DNA of 63,048 nt, counting the filler, from Actinomycetota bacterium (GTDB lineage Bacteria; Actinomycetota; Acidimicrobiia; IMCC26256; VFJJ01): the NCBI GenBank assembly GCA_009886115.1. It is 5 parts of 5 records of this genome, joined end to end, with 100 filler letters (N's around TTAATTAATTAA, not from the genome) between each part and the next. Parts side by side here need not be neighbours in the genome. Positions count along the whole stretch, not along the records: positions 54,362 to 63,048 come from VFJJ01000190.1; 4 more parts are not named here. One strand, written 5' to 3'. The number at the start of each line of letters is the position of its first letter. Position 1 is the first letter of the stretch. The notes under the pieces were generated by a model. The model was not told where the DNA came from. It was given only the letters and a program-made list of their open reading frames with translations, and ran no database searches. Made by a program: the position numbers and the translations under genes. Below are positions 61,021 through 63,048 of this stretch, piece by piece.

Positions 61021-61136
61021 ATCGGCGCGAGACCGCATGTGGGTTGAGCGGTACCGAGCCGTCGACAACGGACATTCAACCACCCGCTGCGGCCCGCTTG
61101 CCAGATCCAAATACCAGCCCTGAACTGCGGTGATCC

Positions 61137-61180
61137 GGTGGAGGTGAACGGACTCGAACCGTCGACCCCTACGTTGCGAA
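61137..61180 (-). mobile_element. 3' half of tRNA-Ala(CGC): att site scar of a tRNA-integrating element
   Basis: Minus strand TTCGCAA-CGTAG-GGGTC-GACGG-TTCGAGT-CCGTT-CACCTCC-A-CC; D arm and 5' acceptor strand absent. Confidence 0.8.
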
Positions 61181-61287
61181 AGTGACCCAGAGTGTTCGTC
61201 TGATGCTGTCTCGTAGCGTTTAAGCTGGTCAGAGCCTTGTGTTCGTCACGTTCCGTACCGTCTCGTCCATCCAGTCCCGGCCCTTCC

Positions 61288-61307
61288 GTTGACAAGCGGT
61301 TGACAAG
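61288..61307. repeat. Direct repeat GTTGACAAG x2 (11-bp period), candidate integrase arm sites
   Basis: About 110 bp from the tRNA fragment. Confidence 0.5.
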
Positions 61308-61460
61308 AGTCTGGTTCGAGAACATTCCGGATGTTGTCGGTAGCACGACGGCGTCGATGATGAGCACGGTCGGCCGCGTCCGCACGCTTCCGCGAGCGTC
61401 GCATCGGCGTCACGGGCCAATCGAGCTCTCGCTTTCCAGGCGGGCACGTATGCTCTGACC

Positions 61461-62138
61461 GTGGCTGACGTGACGATCCTCGATCGACCGGTCTATGGCA
61501 TCGGTCAGGCGGCGGCACTGCTTGGGCTGCGGCACGATCGCGTTGGGGCCTGGCTCGACGGCTACCGCCGGCGCGGAGTGTCGTACCCGCCCGTGATCCG
61601 TGATGCACGCACGGGCTCCGATTCGGTGACCTGGGGCGAGTTCGTCGAGCTGGGCTATCTCCGCGAGTACCGCAAGGCCAGGGTGAGCCTGCAGCACATC
61701 CGGCCCGTCATCGAGCGCTTGCGGGAGATCTACGGCGTGCGGTACCCGCTCGCGCACGCCAAGCCGTTCGTCTACGACCATCAGCTGGTGATGCGCATCC
61801 AGGAGGAGGTGGGTCTCGATCCGTCGTTGGCGATCGTGATCCGTTCGGGTCAGCAGCTCGTGCTGGCACGTGAGGTGGAGGCCTATCTGTTGAAGGTCGA
61901 GTTCGCCGACGACGTCGCCGCACGTTTGCACCCGGCGGGCCGTACGTCGCCCGTGGTCATCGACCCCGAGATGTCGTTCGGGCGACCGGCGATCCGGGGC
62001 GTCGCCACCGAGCGCTTGACCGAGCTGTACCGGGGTGGCGACTCTCCCGAGTTCCTCGCCGAGGCCTACGAGTTGCCGCTTGAGCACATCCGAGCTGCTA
62101 TCGCCTTCGAGACTCAGTTGGCGGCCACCGCCGCCTGA
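61461..62138 (+). CDS. HTH-DUF433 antitoxin (VapB45/Rv2018-like)
   Basis: PVYGIGQAAALLGL..WLDGY, TWGEFVE, VIDPEMSFGRPAI, LAEAYEL..IRAAIAFE; TATGCT -10 six nt before GTG (leaderless). Confidence 0.88.
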   Translation: MADVTILDRPVYGIGQAAALLGLRHDRVGAWLDGYRRRGVSYPPVIRDARTGSDSVTWGEFVELGYLREYRKARVSLQHIRPVIERLREIYGVRYPLAHAKPFVYDHQLVMRIQEEVGLDPSLAIVIRSGQQLVLAREVEAYLLKVEFADDVAARLHPAGRTSPVVIDPEMSFGRPAIRGVATERLTELYRGGDSPEFLAEAYELPLEHIRAAIAFETQLAATAA

Positions 62139-62557
62139 TGGTCACCGGGGGAAAAGCGCGATTCTTCGTCGACGAGAGCGATCTCGCTCTCGGACGCTGT
62201 CTCGCCCTCGCTCGCCGGGATGTCGTGCATCCGGGCCATCGTCGACTGTCCGAGGTGCCCTACGCGATGTTGGACCAGGACTGGCTCCCGATCGTCGGTC
62301 GGCTTGGCCTGGTCGTCATCACCCGCGACAAACGGATCAGGTCCCGACCGGTTGAAGCTCGGCGAGTGCTCGACTTCGGAGTGCGCGGGCTCGTGCTCAC
62401 CCGAGCCGGCGACCTCAGCACATGGGACACGCTCACCGTCCTCGTGCGGCAATGGAGCGCCATCGAGACGTTCATCGGCGACCATCCAACCGGCCCCTGG
62501 TTGGCAGCAGTCACGCGTGAAGGCGTCAAGCCGCTCCGCGTCACGACGCGAGGTTGA
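62138..62557 (+). CDS. VapC45-like PIN toxin (Rv2019-like)
   Basis: RFFVDES..LG, DQDWLP.VG..GLVVITRDKRIR; TGATG coupling to antitoxin. Confidence 0.85.
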   Translation: MVTGGKARFFVDESDLALGRCLALARRDVVHPGHRRLSEVPYAMLDQDWLPIVGRLGLVVITRDKRIRSRPVEARRVLDFGVRGLVLTRAGDLSTWDTLTVLVRQWSAIETFIGDHPTGPWLAAVTREGVKPLRVTTRG

Positions 62558-63048
62558 ACATCGCCCTTGACCGGCAGGTTCGCCGTCCTGCGGGTCGCGC
62601 GCTCGCCGGTCTGCACCTCGTCCTCGATCAGTGAGCCAACTCCTGCTCCTTACGAGTGCGATTTTGACAGTCTATCTGGTGTCGTCTTGTGCGTGTCTGT
62701 GCTGGTCAGAGCAGGTGCCCGTGATGGTCAGTGTTGTCCGATTCCGCCCCGTATCGCCCCGTCTGGCGGACGTTTCCCGGACACGCCGACATCAGCTCAC
62801 GACACAATGAGCTGCTCGCAAACCACGCCTGCGTACAGGACCTCCAGGAACCTCGACTCCGATCGACCCATCGGGCCCAGGGCAAGCTCGCCTCCACCCA
62901 GCACCACACCACCCCTGCGTGCAAGGCAGGATTCGGACACATTTCTGGTGTTATCTGGTGCCCGCTCGTCCATGTGCACCAGGGGTTTCCGGACGGGGCC
63001 GTACTCGCCGGACCGCATCGGTATCAGGTGGATTGATACATTTCTGAT

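Noticed and set aside
61137..61180. Functional tRNA-Ala gene
   Set aside because: The D arm and 5' acceptor strand are absent, so it is treated as an att scar.
62600..63048. ORFs 62706-62942, 62731-63036 and 62797-63018
   Set aside because: No recognisable motifs. The region looks like non-coding element-end sequence.

Overview
High-GC actinobacterial DNA. Gene content (dnaG-rpoD-tRNA-Asn, alpha2-type GlyRS, F420 LLM, PafA family, BldC, GYWLVAxDGGIFxxGDA repeats) best fits class Acidimicrobiia, probably a MAG. The window is five unrelated contigs joined by artificial N-spacers containing TTAATTAATTAA (20947-21046, 36350-36449, 45757-45856, 54262-54361), so no linkage can be inferred across them. 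Contig 1 carries an ECF sigma/anti-sigma pair with a poly-Asp exported protein, UvrD2, SNase, a LemA-like gene, an orphan divergent PafA paralogue, cyclophilin, xth, yajQ, a GT-C membrane protein, a stand-alone EVE-like domain, ABC-F and an M1 peptidase. Contig 2 is core genome (uppS, recO, glyQS, bldC-like, dgt, dnaG, rpoD, tRNA-Asn) plus a second ECF pair. Contig 3 is an ion/stress cluster (DUF1269, YqhA, SbtA, TerD, Ca-ATPase) with several gene remnants. Contig 4 holds metabolic genes and two secreted repeat-domain enzymes. Contig 5 has a BVMO, a stand-alone NuoF-like gene and a decayed mosaic with a tRNA-Ala att scar and a VapBC45-like TA pair. No complete novel system can be proven from sequence alone. 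The best leads are the orphan PafA paralogue, the stand-alone EVE-like domain, two promoter/operator motifs read directly from the sequence, a REP-like palindrome family and the tRNA-Ala integration scar. Family calls come from motif recognition, not database searches.
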